From Acidiphilium sp. (GTDB taxonomy: Bacteria > Pseudomonadota > Alphaproteobacteria > Acetobacterales > Acetobacteraceae): 64,000 nt of DNA. Where the stretch lies: NCBI GenBank assembly GCA_027449105.1, contig DAIDMG010000002.1:7201-71200 (forward strand), read 5' to 3'. This document shows, one piece after another, positions 40,101 through 50,563 of the stretch. The notes beneath the pieces are model-generated. The model did not search any database, had not been told where the DNA came from, and saw only the letters and a program-made list of their open reading frames with translations. Position 1 is the stretch's first letter. Each line of letters starts with the position of its first letter. A program made the position numbers and the translations under genes.

Positions 40101-41350
40101 CCGGGGCGCATCACTCGATAGATATCGATCAGAGCGTCCTCGCGACTTGCGTTCTTGTCGGCCGCCAACGTATTGCGGATCCATGGACCATTGGACTGGT
40201 CGATAGCTAAAGTAGGAATAGTTTCCAGCCCCGCCTCTTCAAAGAGTCGCAGTTTTGCTTCAGAAATCTCTTCGCCGGCATCAGCAAAGATTTCCCCGGT
40301 CGTCGGATCGAATAGATCCGCGGCAACAAACCGACCAATGACATCGGTCTTCCCTACCAATACACGCTTGGTCGTGTCCGCAATTTTTCGGACACTGCGA
40401 GCGGTCAGCTTTTCATCTTTCTTGGCGACGACCGCATGGGTATCGGCATCCACTAGGTCTTCACCGAGCTTGAGGCCACGGTACGCATCTGCATCAAATG
40501 GCCGTGCCCAGGTCGGATCGCCGTTGGTATCGCTTGCCCGTTCAAAAACCACTTGCCGGTAGAACAGATTGAGAATCTCCTCGGCGTCCATACCTTTTAT
40601 TTCGCCAATCTCAACCGTTTCTCCTTTCGTCATCCGCGCCGCACGCAGAGCCTCTGTCGCCTTGCTTTCCAAGGCATAGAACAACGTTGTGACCGGCAGC
40701 TTGCGCTTCCGATCGATACGAACATAGATCAGGTCTTTGGCGTCGAATTCGAAGTCAAGCCAAGAGCCGCGATAAGGAATCACCCGGGCCGCAAATAGGT
40801 ACTTGCCAGACGAGTGGGTTTTGCCTTTATCGTGATCGAAGAACACACCGGGGCTACGATGCATTTGGCTGACGATGACACGCTCGGTACCATTGACAAC
40901 AAAAGTGCCATTGTCCGTCATGAGCGGCATATCCCCCATGTAGACTGGCTGCTCCTTGATATCGCGAATCGAACGCGCCCCTGTATCCTCATCGATGTCC
41001 CAAACGATCAGGCGCAGCACAACTTTTAAGGGCGCCGCATATGTCATGCCCCGCTGAATACATTCCTCAACATCATATTTCGGTTCCTCGAGTTCATAGT
41101 AGACGAACTCCAGCCGACCACGGCCTGTAAAATCATCTATCGGAAACACCGATTTAAAAACTTCCTGCAGGCCGGTATTAGTCCGCGCATCCGGCATAAC
41201 ATGCATCTGCAGAAACGCGTCATAACTCGCCCGCTGCACGTCAATTAAATTCGGCATTGGCGTGACTTCGGGAATGCGCCCAAAATTCTTACGTATGCGT
41301 TTGCGGTTAATCGAGAAATTCTTGCTGTTGCCCGCGGTTATTGCATTCAT
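37148..41350 (-). CDS. rpoB: RNA polymerase beta subunit
   Basis: [41 protein letters not shown]. Start re-called to MNAITAG. Confidence 0.99.
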   Translation of the reverse strand: MNAITAGNSKNFSINRKRIRKNFGRIPEVTPMPNLIDVQRASYDAFLQMHVMPDARTNTGLQEVFKSVFPIDDFTGRGRLEFVYYELEEPKYDVEECIQRGMTYAAPLKVVLRLIVWDIDEDTGARSIRDIKEQPVYMGDMPLMTDNGTFVVNGTERVIVSQMHRSPGVFFDHDKGKTHSSGKYLFAARVIPYRGSWLDFEFDAKDLIYVRIDRKRKLPVTTLFYALESKATEALRAARMTKGETVEIGEIKGMDAEEILNLFYRQVVFERASDTNGDPTWARPFDADAYRGLKLGEDLVDADTHAVVAKKDEKLTARSVRKIADTTKRVLVGKTDVIGRFVAADLFDPTTGEIFADAGEEISEAKLRLFEEAGLETIPTLAIDQSNGPWIRNTLAADKNASREDALIDIYRVMRPGEPPTSETAEALLRGLFFDPERYDLSSVGRVKMNMRLGLECDDQVRVLRKEDILRTVQILCELKDGRGQIDDIDNLGNRRVRSVGELMENQYRIGLLRMERAIRERMGSVDIDGVMPHDLINAKPAVAAVREFFGSSQLSQFMDQTNPLSEVTHKRRLSALGPGGLTRERAGFEVRDVHPTHYGRICPIETPEGPNIGLINSLATYAKVNKYGFIETPYRMVRDGKVQNDYKYLSAMEEDKLTVAQADAPKREDGTLTEDLVSVRRNGDFRLVRPDEVTAIDVSPKQLVSVAAALIPFLENDDANRALMGSNMQRQAVPLIRADAPLVGTGMEAAVARDSGATIIARRAGIVDQIDGARIVVRATTDDGSTAGVDIYRLRKYMRSNQSTCINQRPLVRVGDRVAEGEIIADGPSTELGELALGRNVLCAFMPWNGYNFEDSILISERIARDDMFTSIHIEEFEVMARDTKLGQEEITRDIPNVGEEALRNLDEAGIVYVGAEVNPGDILVGKVTPKGESPMTPEEKLLRAIFGEKASDVRDTSLKLPPGVSGTVVDVRVFNRRGVDKDERALAIERAEIERLAKDRDDERAIQERAFINRLREKLIGQKTGAGNKGLKAGTDIDEALLAEVPRGAWRNLTVHDDVAMGEIETLKREFDAAVHRLQHRFESKVEKLQRGDEMPPGVMKMVKVFVAVKRKLQPGDKMAGRHGNKGVVSKVVPIEDMPFLDDGTPVDVVLNPLGVPSRMNVGQILETHLGWACANLGRQIGDLYDEYRRQAAARAAVLETLKDVYGASVFESEIERMSDVELDELCRNLRKGVPVATPVFDGARITDIEAMLAKAGLDVSGQMFVYDGRTGERFERKVTVGYMYMLKLGHMVDDKIHARSIGPYSLVTQQPLGGKAQFGGQRFGEMEVWALEAYGAAYTLQEMLTVKSDDVSGRTKVYEAIVREQDSFEAGVPESFNVLTKELKALGLNVDLDQSAS

Positions 41351-41454
41351 GTCCCGATCCTTACACTGTCCGGCAACCAATCTACCGGAGCCGCCATCAT
41401 CCAAATCACCTGCGCCACCAAAAGCCATTTCACGGCGGCGCCCAACGCGAAACG

Positions 41455-41479
41455 GGCGGGTACCATCAAGGTACCCGCC
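41455..41479 (-). promoter_or_regulatory. rplL-rpoB intergenic hairpin (possible attenuator or processing site)
   Basis: Perfect 10-bp stem GGCGGGTACC-N5-GGTACCCGCC; weak U-tract. Confidence 0.5.
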
Positions 41480-41534
41480 AGGCCTATCTGACTAGTGTTC
41501 CGCAACGACCGAAGTCATCGCGACGAGTAAATCA

Positions 41535-41915
41535 TTACTGGATTTCGACAGATGCGCCCTGCTCTTCCAAAACTTTCCTGATCTTTTCCGCCTCATCCTT
41601 GGTCACGCTCTCCTTGACGGTCTTCGGTGCGCCCTCAACCAAGTCCTTAGCTTCCTTCAACCCAAGCCCGGTGATGGTGCGGATTTCCTTGATCACATTG
41701 ATCTTCTTGTCGCCACCCGCCTTCAGTACAACGGTAAATTCGGTCTTCTCTTCGGTCGGGGCCGCAACAGAAGCAGCTCCGACAGGAGCAGCTGCTACCG
41801 CGACCGGGGCAGCAGCAGACACGCCCCACTTGTCCTCAAGCAGCTTTGATAGCTCCGCCGCTTCGAGAACAGTGAGGCTGGACAATTCATCTACCAGCTT
41901 TGACAGATCAGTCAT
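41535..41915 (-). CDS. rplL: 50S ribosomal protein L7/L12
   Basis: [33 protein letters not shown]. Confidence 0.99.
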   Translation of the reverse strand: MTDLSKLVDELSSLTVLEAAELSKLLEDKWGVSAAAPVAVAAAPVGAASVAAPTEEKTEFTVVLKAGGDKKINVIKEIRTITGLGLKEAKDLVEGAPKTVKESVTKDEAEKIRKVLEEQGASVEIQ

Positions 41916-41989
41916 CTACGTTTTCCTTAATATGGGGGTTCGTTGGGTTTCGTGCAAGCCAATATCGGCTGGCTTTCTCAGATTGGACG

Positions 41990-42508
41990 TCAGGCAGCCT
42001 CACCCGTTTTGGCATAGGCACCAAAGACCCGAGCGAGTTGCCCGCCTGGCGCCTGCAGAACACCCGCGATGCGCGTAGCTGGGGTCTGGATCATCCCCAA
42101 CAGCCTCGCACGCAATTCTTCAAGCGACGGCAATTCGGCCAACGCCTTAACGCCCGATGCATCAAGCATCTGCGTCCCCAAGGCGCCGCCAACCAGCACA
42201 AACTTCTCATTGATCTTGGCGAACTCGACGGCGGTCTTCGCCACTGCCACCGGATCATGCGACCACGCAAGCGCAGTCGGCCCCTTCAGCAACGGTTTAA
42301 TGCCATCGAACCGGGTCCCAGCCAAGGCGAGGTGAGCCAGACGATTTTTCGCGACTTTATACTGCGCTCCCGCCGCCCGCATCCGCCGGCGCAACTCTGA
42401 AACATCAGCCACCGTCAACCCATCATTTCGGCTAACGACAACCATTGATGTTTCAGCGAACACCTTGTTCAGCAGGTCGACGAAATCACGTTTTTCTGCG
42501 CGATCCAC
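41990..42508 (-). CDS. rplJ: 50S ribosomal protein L10
   Basis: GTG start after GGAGAG; GLTVA....[21 protein letters not shown]. Confidence 0.98.
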   Translation of the reverse strand: MDRAEKRDFVDLLNKVFAETSMVVVSRNDGLTVADVSELRRRMRAAGAQYKVAKNRLAHLALAGTRFDGIKPLLKGPTALAWSHDPVAVAKTAVEFAKINEKFVLVGGALGTQMLDASGVKALAELPSLEELRARLLGMIQTPATRIAGVLQAPGGQLARVFGAYAKTGEAA

Positions 42509-42640
42509 GCCGCTCTCCACGTTTTGGTTGCATGCGTTTGGACCGCACGAAACCGGGTTGCCCACAAGCGGTCGAGACCACCCCGACCGCACGCTCGCCT
42601 GTCCTCTTATCCGGAACCGTCAGAACGAACCCGCTCCAAC

Positions 42641-42720
42641 ACCCCGTCTCCGGCCTGTGGGTTGCCCCATTAAAACCTTGCGATTCGTAAATCGCGTGGT
42701 TGCATGCCGTCTTGGACAGG
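42641..42720 (-). promoter_or_regulatory. L10 leader (autogenous control RNA)
   Basis: Minus strand CTGTCCAAGACGGC...TTTTAAT...GCCGGAGACGG resembles the L10-leader AAGAC/UUAA/AGACG pattern; lies in the rplA-rplJ spacer. Confidence 0.7.
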
Positions 42721-42804
42721 TCGGCCCGCCGGATTACTCCAGCGCGCCGCTGTGGCCGGGGAAGCCTTGCAGCTTTGATACCCCGGCACATTCTGTCACT
42801 CGCT

Positions 42805-43503
42805 TCACGTCGCGAGACTGTTGACGTCTACCCGTACACCTGGCCCCATCGTTGATGACAAGGCTATCTTCTGCAAATACGTACCCTTCGCGCCGGCAGG
42901 TTTGGCTTTTTGAATAGCATCAACGAGGGCTTTTGCGTTCTCTATCAACTTCTCGGAAGCAAAACTCGCCTTCCCGATTCCCGCATGGACTATGCCAGCC
43001 TTTTCTGCTCGAAACTCTACCTGACCTGACTTCGCTGCAGAAACCGCGCCCTTCACGTCAAGCGTCACCGTACCCAGCTTCGGATTGGGCATCAAACCGC
43101 GCGGGCCAAGAATCTTCCCGAGTCGTCCAACGAGAGCCATCATGTCCGGGGTGGCAATACAACGGTCAAAATCGATCGCCCCCCCCTGAACTTGTTCGGC
43201 CAGATCCTCTGCTCCGACCACATCTGCACCCGCCGCCTTTGCTTCCTCGGCCTTTGCCCCGCGCGCAAATACGCCCACGCGCAAGACCTTGCCAGTACCG
43301 TTTGGTAGAGAAATCAAGCCGCGCACCATCTGGTCGGCGTGACGTGGATCAATACCGAGGTTGAGCGCAATTTCGACCGTTTCATCAAATTTTGCGGTGG
43401 CATTTTTCTTCACAAGATCCACCGCTTCATACAACGAGTATGTTTTATTGCGGTCAATTGTGGAGGCCGCTTTCGCAAGCCGCTTGTTGTGTGCCACGAT
43501 CAA
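42805..43503 (-). CDS. rplA: 50S ribosomal protein L1
   Basis: [41 protein letters not shown]. Start may be GTG 43497. Confidence 0.99.
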   Translation of the reverse strand: MIVAHNKRLAKAASTIDRNKTYSLYEAVDLVKKNATAKFDETVEIALNLGIDPRHADQMVRGLISLPNGTGKVLRVGVFARGAKAEEAKAAGADVVGAEDLAEQVQGGAIDFDRCIATPDMMALVGRLGKILGPRGLMPNPKLGTVTLDVKGAVSAAKSGQVEFRAEKAGIVHAGIGKASFASEKLIENAKALVDAIQKAKPAGAKGTYLQKIALSSTMGPGVRVDVNSLAT

Positions 43504-43934
43504 CTCTCCACCACCGAAAGGCCCATCGAGCGGGCCGAACCGACAAGCATTCGCACGGCACCATCAACATCATTAGCATTCATGTGGACCATCTTGGTCG
43601 CTGCAATCTCACGCAGCTGGCTCATAGTCACACTGCCCACTGTCGCTCCTTTTCCCGCAGTGGTTGAACCTTTGGAAACGCCTGCAGCCTTTTTCAGAAA
43701 ATACGTATTTGGCGGGGTTTTGGTGATGAAACTGAAGGTCCGGTCCGCGTACGCAGTAATGACCACCGGCACCGGCATACCGGGCTCCATGCCTTGCGTC
43801 GCTGCGTTAAAATCCTTGCAGAACTGCATGATGTTGAGTCCCCGCTGTCCAAGCGCCGGACCAACCGGCGGTGAGGGATTTGCCTTACCGGCCGGTATCT
43901 GCAGCTTGATATACCCGGTGATCTTCTTCGCCAT
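43500..43934 (-). CDS. rplK: 50S ribosomal protein L11
   Basis: [28 protein letters not shown]. Confidence 0.99.
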   Translation of the reverse strand: MAKKITGYIKLQIPAGKANPSPPVGPALGQRGLNIMQFCKDFNAATQGMEPGMPVPVVITAYADRTFSFITKTPPNTYFLKKAAGVSKGSTTAGKGATVGSVTMSQLREIAATKMVHMNANDVDGAVRMLVGSARSMGLSVVES

Positions 43935-44000
43935 GTGGCGCGCGCTCCTAATCCCAAAGGCGCATACGGCCACAAATCAGCCAGAACACGCCAAAAAGAC

Positions 44001-44043
44001 CGCGGTGCACACGGCCGAGCCACCGTTGGCCTAGCCTCCCGCG
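44001..44043 (-). promoter_or_regulatory. rplK leader hairpin, putative L1-binding site
   Basis: CGCGG-GAGGC...GGCC/GGCC...GCA-CCGCG hairpin with a GGGAG internal-loop motif upstream of rplK. Confidence 0.55.
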
Positions 44044-44180
44044 TTCAATTGAAGCGCCGCAGATAACCGATCTGCCCAGTTATGTCGAGTCGGTCCGCCT
44101 TCAAACATGGCAGCGTTGCCGGTCTTGGAGGCATGACTGGCAAAACCAACATTACGTCTGTTCAAGCTGGGAGCAAAGCG

Positions 44181-45161
44181 ATGAAAATGCGTCAACTCGG
44201 GGGTCTTGTTGTTTCCACGATCGGCCTTGGCTGTATGGGCATGTCGGATTTCTATGCAGGCCGAGATGAGCGTGAGGCTCTAGCCACGCTCGATCGAGCT
44301 CTGGAGCTGGGCATTAACTTCTTCGACACCGCAGACATGTACGGCTTTGGGGACAACGAAGCGCTGCTTGGTAGATTCGTTAAAAAAAATCGCAATAAAA
44401 TTGTGATTGCCACGAAGTTCGGTAACCAATTTTCAACCGATCGCCGGCGCCTCGGTGTGAACGGCCGACCAGAGTATGTGAAAGCGGCGTGCGATGCTTC
44501 ACTGAAACGGCTGGGCATAGACACGATAGACCTCTATTATCAGCACCGGGTCGACCCAAATGTCCCCATTGAGGACACGGTTGGTGCCATGGCGGATCTC
44601 ATCAAAGCTGGAAAGGTCCTAAATCTGGGGCTGTCTGAAGCCGGGCCGGATACGATCCGCCGCGCGGATAAAGTCCACAAGATCAGCGCCCTCCAGACCG
44701 AATATTCACTATGGACCCGTGACCCGGAAGGGGAAGTTCTGCGCACAACACGTGAGCTTGGCATCGGCTTCGTAGCATATTCGCCGCTCGGGAGAGGCTT
44801 TTTGACCGGCGCAATTACCAAACCGACAGACCTGGAGGCCGACGATTGGCGGCACACCAACCCGCGGTTTCAGAATGAAAATTTCGCCAAAAACCTGAGA
44901 ATCGTCGACAACCTAAGGCAGCTAGCCGCAAGGAAGAAGCTTACCCTCAGCCAATTGGCGCTGGCATGGGTCTTGGCGCAAGGAGACCATATTGTGCCAA
45001 TTCCCGGCACCAAACATCGGAAATACCTTGAGGAAAACGTGGGAGCCGTAGACGTCACCCTAACGGCAAACGATTTAGCCGCGATCGACGCAGCGGTCCC
45101 GCAAGGTGTAGCTGTCGGGGCCCGTTATGCAGAAGGCGGTATGAAAACCGTTGGGCTCTAA
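44181..45161 (+). CDS. aldo/keto reductase
   Basis: [44 protein letters not shown]. Start re-called after GGGAG. Confidence 0.96.
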   Translation: MKMRQLGGLVVSTIGLGCMGMSDFYAGRDEREALATLDRALELGINFFDTADMYGFGDNEALLGRFVKKNRNKIVIATKFGNQFSTDRRRLGVNGRPEYVKAACDASLKRLGIDTIDLYYQHRVDPNVPIEDTVGAMADLIKAGKVLNLGLSEAGPDTIRRADKVHKISALQTEYSLWTRDPEGEVLRTTRELGIGFVAYSPLGRGFLTGAITKPTDLEADDWRHTNPRFQNENFAKNLRIVDNLRQLAARKKLTLSQLALAWVLAQGDHIVPIPGTKHRKYLEENVGAVDVTLTANDLAAIDAAVPQGVAVGARYAEGGMKTVGL

Positions 45162-45190
45162 AAAACTTTTTCCACGGGGCGAAAATTGGT

Positions 45191-46441
45191 TCAAATGCGC
45201 TCAATAGCTGCCCCGCAGGCCGCAAGCTTCTGCTCCACATGCTCGTAGCCGCGATCGAGGTGGTACACCCGGCTGACAATCGTCTCGCCTTTTGCAGCAA
45301 GCCCTGCAAGCACCAGAGAGAACGAAGCCCGCAAATCCGTTGCCATCACGGGCGCGCCAGATAGGACCGGTACGCCACGAACGATAGCCGAAGCGCCGTG
45401 AACGTTAATCCGCGCCCCCATCCTGCTGAGTTCCGGCACGTGCATGAACCGGTTCTCAAAAATCGACTCCGTGATCATTGAGGCGCCCTCGGCAACTGCC
45501 ATCAGCGTCATGAATTGCGCCTGCATATCAGTAGCAAACCCAGGGAACGGCTCCGTCATGACGTCGGTACCGTGTAGGCCGTTCCGCCGGCTGACTGACA
45601 ACCCCTCCACCGTTTCATTAATATCAACGCCCGCCTGCAAAAGGCAGGCCATGACCGCTCCAAGATCGGCTGAACGAGCGCCACGAAGCAGCACTTCACC
45701 GCCGGTAATCGCCGCCGCGCAGGCATAGGTGCCGGCCTCAATCCTGTCCGGGATAATTTCATGCTGCGCACCGTGTAATCTTCGTGCGCCAATGATCGTC
45801 AGCCGATCGGTGCCCATACCCGTAATATTTGAGCCCATCGCATTCAGACATTCAGCCAGATCACCGATTTCCGGCTCCCGCGCGGCATTGATTAACACTG
45901 TTTCGCCGTCAGCGAGGCTGGCGGCGAGCATAAGGTTTTCCGTGGCGCCAACCGACACGAAAGGGAACGTGATTTTTGCGCCCCGCAAACCCCGCTTCGC
46001 AGTGGCATGGATGTAACCGCTGTCGAGTTTGATTTCCGCCCCCATCGCTTCCAAGCCCGTAAGATGCAGGTCGACGGGCCGGGTTCCAATGGCGCAACCT
46101 CCTGGCAATGACACGCGCGCCTCGCGTGTCCGGGCCAGCAATGGTCCCAACACAAGAATTGAGGCACGCATCTTACGGACAATATCGTATGGCGCCTCGG
46201 TATTGGTAATTGCACCACCCAGCGATAGGCGACGTGGGAGCGTGCGTTCCACGGCGATGCCGTGCTGCGCAAGAAGTTCAGCCATCGTTCTGAGATCGGC
46301 GAGGTCAGCGACATTGTCTAGAATGAGCCGGTCATCAGTTAGTAAACCTGCCGCCATAAGCGGAAGCGCGGCGTTCTTCGCCCCGGAGATAGCAATGCTA
46401 CCTTCAAGCGGGCGCCCTCCAGCGATGCGAATACGGTCCAT
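45191..46441 (-). CDS. murA: UDP-N-acetylglucosamine 1-carboxyvinyltransferase
   Basis: [48 protein letters not shown]. Confidence 0.99.
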   Translation of the reverse strand: MDRIRIAGGRPLEGSIAISGAKNAALPLMAAGLLTDDRLILDNVADLADLRTMAELLAQHGIAVERTLPRRLSLGGAITNTEAPYDIVRKMRASILVLGPLLARTREARVSLPGGCAIGTRPVDLHLTGLEAMGAEIKLDSGYIHATAKRGLRGAKITFPFVSVGATENLMLAASLADGETVLINAAREPEIGDLAECLNAMGSNITGMGTDRLTIIGARRLHGAQHEIIPDRIEAGTYACAAAITGGEVLLRGARSADLGAVMACLLQAGVDINETVEGLSVSRRNGLHGTDVMTEPFPGFATDMQAQFMTLMAVAEGASMITESIFENRFMHVPELSRMGARINVHGASAIVRGVPVLSGAPVMATDLRASFSLVLAGLAAKGETIVSRVYHLDRGYEHVEQKLAACGAAIERI

Positions 46442-46450
46442 GAGTTTCAG

Positions 46451-47005
46451 TTAAAGCTTCGGCAACGAAACACCACGCTGGCGCATATATTTCCCGGACT
46501 TGTCAGCATAGCTCGTCTCGCATGATGCCGCGCCTTGCAGGAAAAGGAATTGGCATATGCCTTCATTTGCGTAAATTTTGGCCGGCAGTGGCGTCGTGTT
46601 GGAAATTTCGATCGTGACTTGTCCCTCCCATTCTGGCTCCAAGGGAGTCACGTTCACGATAATCCCGCATCGCGCGTAGGTTGACTTACCCAAACAAATT
46701 ACAAGAATGTCACGTGGAATTCGAAAATACTCAACCGTATGGGCAAGCGCAAAGGAATTTGGGGGTATGACGCAGACCGGGCCAGCTCGGTCTACAAAGC
46801 TTGAAGGAGAAAAATTCTTCGGATCAACGATCGCCGAGTCAACGTTGGTAAAGATTTTGAAATCTTCAGCCACTCGCGCATCGTACCCGAACGATGATAG
46901 GCCATAAGAAATTACGCCATCTCGCTTTTGCGCCTCAATGAACGGCTCGATCATGCCTTTCGAAACGGCCTGATCTCGGATCCAGTGGTCGGGCATTACC
47001 GGCAT
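46451..47005 (-). CDS. dcd: dCTP deaminase
   Basis: [36 protein letters not shown]. Confidence 0.98.
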   Translation of the reverse strand: MPVMPDHWIRDQAVSKGMIEPFIEAQKRDGVISYGLSSFGYDARVAEDFKIFTNVDSAIVDPKNFSPSSFVDRAGPVCVIPPNSFALAHTVEYFRIPRDILVICLGKSTYARCGIIVNVTPLEPEWEGQVTIEISNTTPLPAKIYANEGICQFLFLQGAASCETSYADKSGKYMRQRGVSLPKL

Positions 47006-47181
47006 GTCAATCCCTCGCACTCCGTTTGCTCAGATTGGCGCGCGATCGCATCTCGCCTCGCCCGCGACTGGGCCTTCCGCTTGGCCAGATTGGCGCGAAG
47101 CGCTGCCGCCTCGCGCTCACGCCGCACCAACCTCGTTGATGCCTCAGTTTTTGTGTTTTGTTTCTCTATCGTGCCGGTCAT
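46996..47181 (-). CDS. small basic conserved hypothetical protein
   Basis: 61 aa with [20 protein letters not shown], a pattern recalled from small alphaproteobacterial genes upstream of murA/dcd; overlaps the dcd start. Confidence 0.7.
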   Translation of the reverse strand: MTGTIEKQNTKTEASTRLVRREREAAALRANLAKRKAQSRARRDAIARQSEQTECEGLTCR

Positions 47182-47280
47182 AACTAGACAAAGCGGCTTT
47201 AGGCCACATCCGTCAAGATCGAGATCCATTCCAGCCGTGCTTGCACCTCCAAATGCCATCCGATATACGCGTCTTTTATT

Positions 47281-47355
47281 GCTGTCATAGCTCAGGGGTA
47301 GAGCACCTCATTGGTAATGAGGAGGTCGAGGGTTCAATTCCCTCTGACAGCACCA
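47281..47355 (+). tRNA. tRNA-Thr(GGT)
   Basis: Acceptor GCTGTCA/TGACAGC, D arm GCTC/GAGC, anticodon arm CCTCA-TTGGTAA-TGAGG, T loop GGTTCAATTCC, encoded CCA; promoter cTTGCAC at 47241. Confidence 0.98.
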
Positions 47356-47365
47356 GCCCAAGAAT

Positions 47366-47830
47366 TGTCATGACCGGAGAAACCGGTAACATTCTGGACC
47401 GGAAACATACTTCCAGTATTTGCGCCCCGAGGGAATGTCGAATGCCTTGGAAGATGTGCAATGTTATGGATGAACTCGTTCGGATTTTGGGGACTGATCG
47501 GCCGGAACCATTGACCACCCCGGGATGCCCGATCAGCTTCGGTTCCAGATCAAGGCGCTGAATGTGCAGCTGAAGCTGGGGGAAGCTGTCCACCCCGGGC
47601 GCGCAAAAGATCCTGCAGCTTCCAGCCATGCGATATCCGGGCATCCACAGGCCTGCGATCTCGACCATCCATGCGGTGCCCGACTGGCGCGGACGGCGAG
47701 CGTCATGGACTATGACCCCGGCTACTTCGATGATACGGAGTGCAGACTTGAACCCGCCGATAATCCATTCGGGACAAAACTGTCACCCATGACTCGCGAA
47801 GGATAGAAACGTTCATTTGTGAAGATGACA
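47366..47830 (+). mobile_element. decayed, internally deleted IS481-family element
   Basis: Begins TGTCAT. Fragments MPWKMCNVMDE (47442), DQLRFQIKAL.VQLK, frameshifted GAQKI...YPGIHRPAISTIHAV, and C-terminal MDYDPGYFD...LEPADNPFGTKLSPM (47705). DDE core missing; right end uncertain. Confidence 0.8.
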
Positions 47831-48144
47831 TCAACTGCAACAGCACTTGAACATAGATCGTGGGCAGCCAGCTGTGCAGAAACCCCGGCGCCCGTCTCAA
47901 TGTGTCCCGGCGCACACCAACAATGCAGGGGAGCGCAGGGCGCGCAGGTAGCCAGCGCTACACTGCACCTCAAAATTCCTGGGCGCACCGGGACTACGTC
48001 AACAACGTTGATGTATTGTTATCTTGAGCCACCACAACTAACAGGTCAAGATTGATAAATGCCTTGCATAAACAACACGCTCTGAAGTTATGTCTTCCGA
48101 ATCTGGAACGGAAATTCAGATCACGTAGTGTCGCCGCGACCGGG

Positions 48145-48885
48145 TCAAGCTGCGCTGGCAGCGTCAATGAACGCTTCAAACAGACGCCTATCGCCCGGAT
48201 TGATCAGGAATTCGGGGTGCCATTGAACACCTATGCAGAACCGACGGTCGGGCGCTTCTATCCCCTCAACGACGCCATCGGGAGCAATAGCGTTCACCAC
48301 CAGTGCGTGGCCGGGATCTGCCACCGCCTGGTGATGCGCAGAATTTACCTGGACGTTGACGCCGTCCACACTCATGATTGACGCAAGCCTCGTCCCCTCG
48401 ATGATTGTGACCGCATGTCCCACTTGGTCGCGCGGATTTGGCTGTTCGTGTGCGAGGGCATTCGGCACCACATCCGGTATATGTTGGATAAGCGTGCCGC
48501 CGAGCACCACAGCCAGAAGTTGCTCACCGCCGCAAATGCCCAGTACAGGAACATCGCGAGACAGGGCGCAATGCAGCAGCGCTATTTCCGCCGCCGTGCG
48601 CTCCGCCTTAAGGGTTACGGAGCTGTGCCGTGCATGATCACCGTATAAAGCGGGATCAACATCGAAAGCTCCGCCCGTGACAACCAAGCCATCAATCGTG
48701 TCAATGTACATTTCGGCCAGATCCCGAAGGTGGGGTAGCGCGATGGGGACACCTCCAGCAGATGCGATAGCGGCCATGTAGTTTTGTCGTACTGCATACC
48801 AAGGAAATCGCGAATATCCGCCCGGCTCTTCGGCGTCGAGAGTCACCCCGATCAGCGGAGGCTTTCTAGTCGGATACGTCTGCAT
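48145..48885 (-). CDS. gamma-glutamyl-gamma-aminobutyrate hydrolase family (peptidase C26)
   Basis: DGLVVTGG.DVDP..YG, LGICGG.Q, VNSAHHQAV, GVQWHPE (Cys-His-Glu triad). Confidence 0.94.
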   Translation of the reverse strand: MQTYPTRKPPLIGVTLDAEEPGGYSRFPWYAVRQNYMAAIASAGGVPIALPHLRDLAEMYIDTIDGLVVTGGAFDVDPALYGDHARHSSVTLKAERTAAEIALLHCALSRDVPVLGICGGEQLLAVVLGGTLIQHIPDVVPNALAHEQPNPRDQVGHAVTIIEGTRLASIMSVDGVNVQVNSAHHQAVADPGHALVVNAIAPDGVVEGIEAPDRRFCIGVQWHPEFLINPGDRRLFEAFIDAASAA

Positions 48886-48929
48886 AGTCGGAGCTAGACC
48901 AAGAAGCCCGAGCAAGGCAAGAGAGGCTC

Positions 48930-49400
48930 ATGATGCCGATGCGCCGTGCTCTTGATGAAGCTGCCAAAGCCGCACGCAACGGCGAGGTTCCCGTTGGGGC
49001 TGTGATCACGGACCAGCAAGGCCTCGTCTTGGCAGCAGCTGGCAATGCCGTTGAAGCCCGGCGCGACCCAACCGCCCACGCTGAAATCCTTGCACTTCAC
49101 GAGGCCGCAGCGCGCCTAGGTGAAAAGTATCTGCAGGACTGCACCATCACCGTCACGTTAGAGCCCTGTCCTCTGTGTGCAGCTGCGATTTCCCTGTTTC
49201 GAATCAAGCATCTGGTATTCGGCGCCTACGACCCTAAGTCGGGTGGAGTGGTGCATGGGCCAAGAGTGTTCGATCACGCCACTTGTCACCATAAGCCTGC
49301 GGTGACCGGTGGCGTTGAGGAAAGCAAGAGCGCGGCCTTGTTGAAGAGCTTCTTCCGATCGAGGCGCGATCATGGGGAATCCGCATTCACATTGGACTAA
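48930..49400 (+). CDS. tadA: tRNA adenosine(34) deaminase
   Basis: GEVPVGAV, DPTAHAE, TLEPCPLC, GAYDPK.G. Confidence 0.9.
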   Translation: MMPMRRALDEAAKAARNGEVPVGAVITDQQGLVLAAAGNAVEARRDPTAHAEILALHEAAARLGEKYLQDCTITVTLEPCPLCAAAISLFRIKHLVFGAYDPKSGGVVHGPRVFDHATCHHKPAVTGGVEESKSAALLKSFFRSRRDHGESAFTLD

Positions 49401-49635
49401 TGGCAACCCCATCCGGCTTGAATGGGAACATATGGAAGCAAGATCGCAGGACTTACGCAAAGGGAACGGCGCTGCGAGTTCATGTGCATCCGCAAGTGCA
49501 AACAGTCGTCGCGCGCCCCGATTTCCATGCGTCGTTGGAGCCTATGAAAAACAGATATTGATGGGTTGAAATTCTCGCTGAACGTCTAAACCATCAGGTC
49601 GGACAAGAGAAGCTTCTCACAACATCACCACGAAT

Positions 49636-50535
49636 TCAGTCGCGTGTAATCGCCCGCGCCAACGGATGATTCGCCTCCACAAGCGCCTGCAAGCGCTCGG
49701 TGAGAACGTGTGTGTAAATCTGGGTTGTCGCAATATCTGCGTGGCCAAGCAACATCTGCAGGCTGCGTAAATCCGCACCATGAGCGAGCAAATGGGAAGC
49801 AAAAGAATGCCTGAGTACATGCGGTGATAATCTCGCAGGATCAATAGCCGCCTGCGTCGCCAGACGCTTAAGCACCAAGGCAAACCCCTGACGCGTCATC
49901 GCATGCCCCGTGGTGCGGCCAGGAAACAGAAATTTTTCTCCCTTGCGATGTTCGGCACGAAGGGCAGCGGCGGCATTCCGGGCCGCATCTGACAGCGGAA
50001 CGATTCGTTCTCGTCCCCCCTTGCCCTTGACGAGCAGCACTGCCGCGTCGCCTGAAAGCGCTGAAGCCGCCAATCCAAGAAGCTCGGATACCCTTAAGCC
50101 AGTCGCGTATAAAATTTCCAACCCAGCACGCGCGATCAGACCCGCCCGACCCTGCATTTCCGCAGCCTTTGCCAAAAGCCGATCAACCTCCGCCTCAGTC
50201 AAAAATTTCGGCAGGCTTCGCGCCAAACGAGGCGCACTTACCTGATCGGTGGGGTCATCTTCTCGTAGCCCGTCACGTATCAGAAACAAGTGGAACTGGC
50301 GCAATGCCGAAAGCTTACGTGCTTGGCTTCGCGCTGTCAGGCCGTTCGCCGCAAGCGAACTGAGATACTCACCTACTATAAAACGGTCGGCTCGATGAGC
50401 GGCGACTCCACGGGCCTTGCAGAATTTGGCAAAATCATCAAGATCCCCAAGATACGCTAGGACCGTATTGCGCGACGCTCCCCGCTCAGCTGCGAGCATC
50501 TCCAAAAACGCCTCGACGTGCTGCTCTATCACCAT
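49636..50535 (-). CDS. xerD: site-specific tyrosine recombinase XerD
   Basis: ERG.S.NT..AY, LYATGLRVSEL, KGKG, SPHVLRHSFASHLL.HGADLR, LGHADIATTQIYTHV; divergent from aroK as is usual in alphaproteobacteria. Confidence 0.93.
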   Translation of the reverse strand: MVIEQHVEAFLEMLAAERGASRNTVLAYLGDLDDFAKFCKARGVAAHRADRFIVGEYLSSLAANGLTARSQARKLSALRQFHLFLIRDGLREDDPTDQVSAPRLARSLPKFLTEAEVDRLLAKAAEMQGRAGLIARAGLEILYATGLRVSELLGLAASALSGDAAVLLVKGKGGRERIVPLSDAARNAAAALRAEHRKGEKFLFPGRTTGHAMTRQGFALVLKRLATQAAIDPARLSPHVLRHSFASHLLAHGADLRSLQMLLGHADIATTQIYTHVLTERLQALVEANHPLARAITRD

Positions 50536-50563
50536 CGTGCAGTTGTGGTAATCCGCCTACGCC

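Noticed and set aside
49636-50535. Tyrosine recombinase as integrase of an island at tRNA-Thr
   Set aside because: Sequence and aroK synteny indicate chromosomal XerD; intervening genes are housekeeping; no att repeat or dif site seen.
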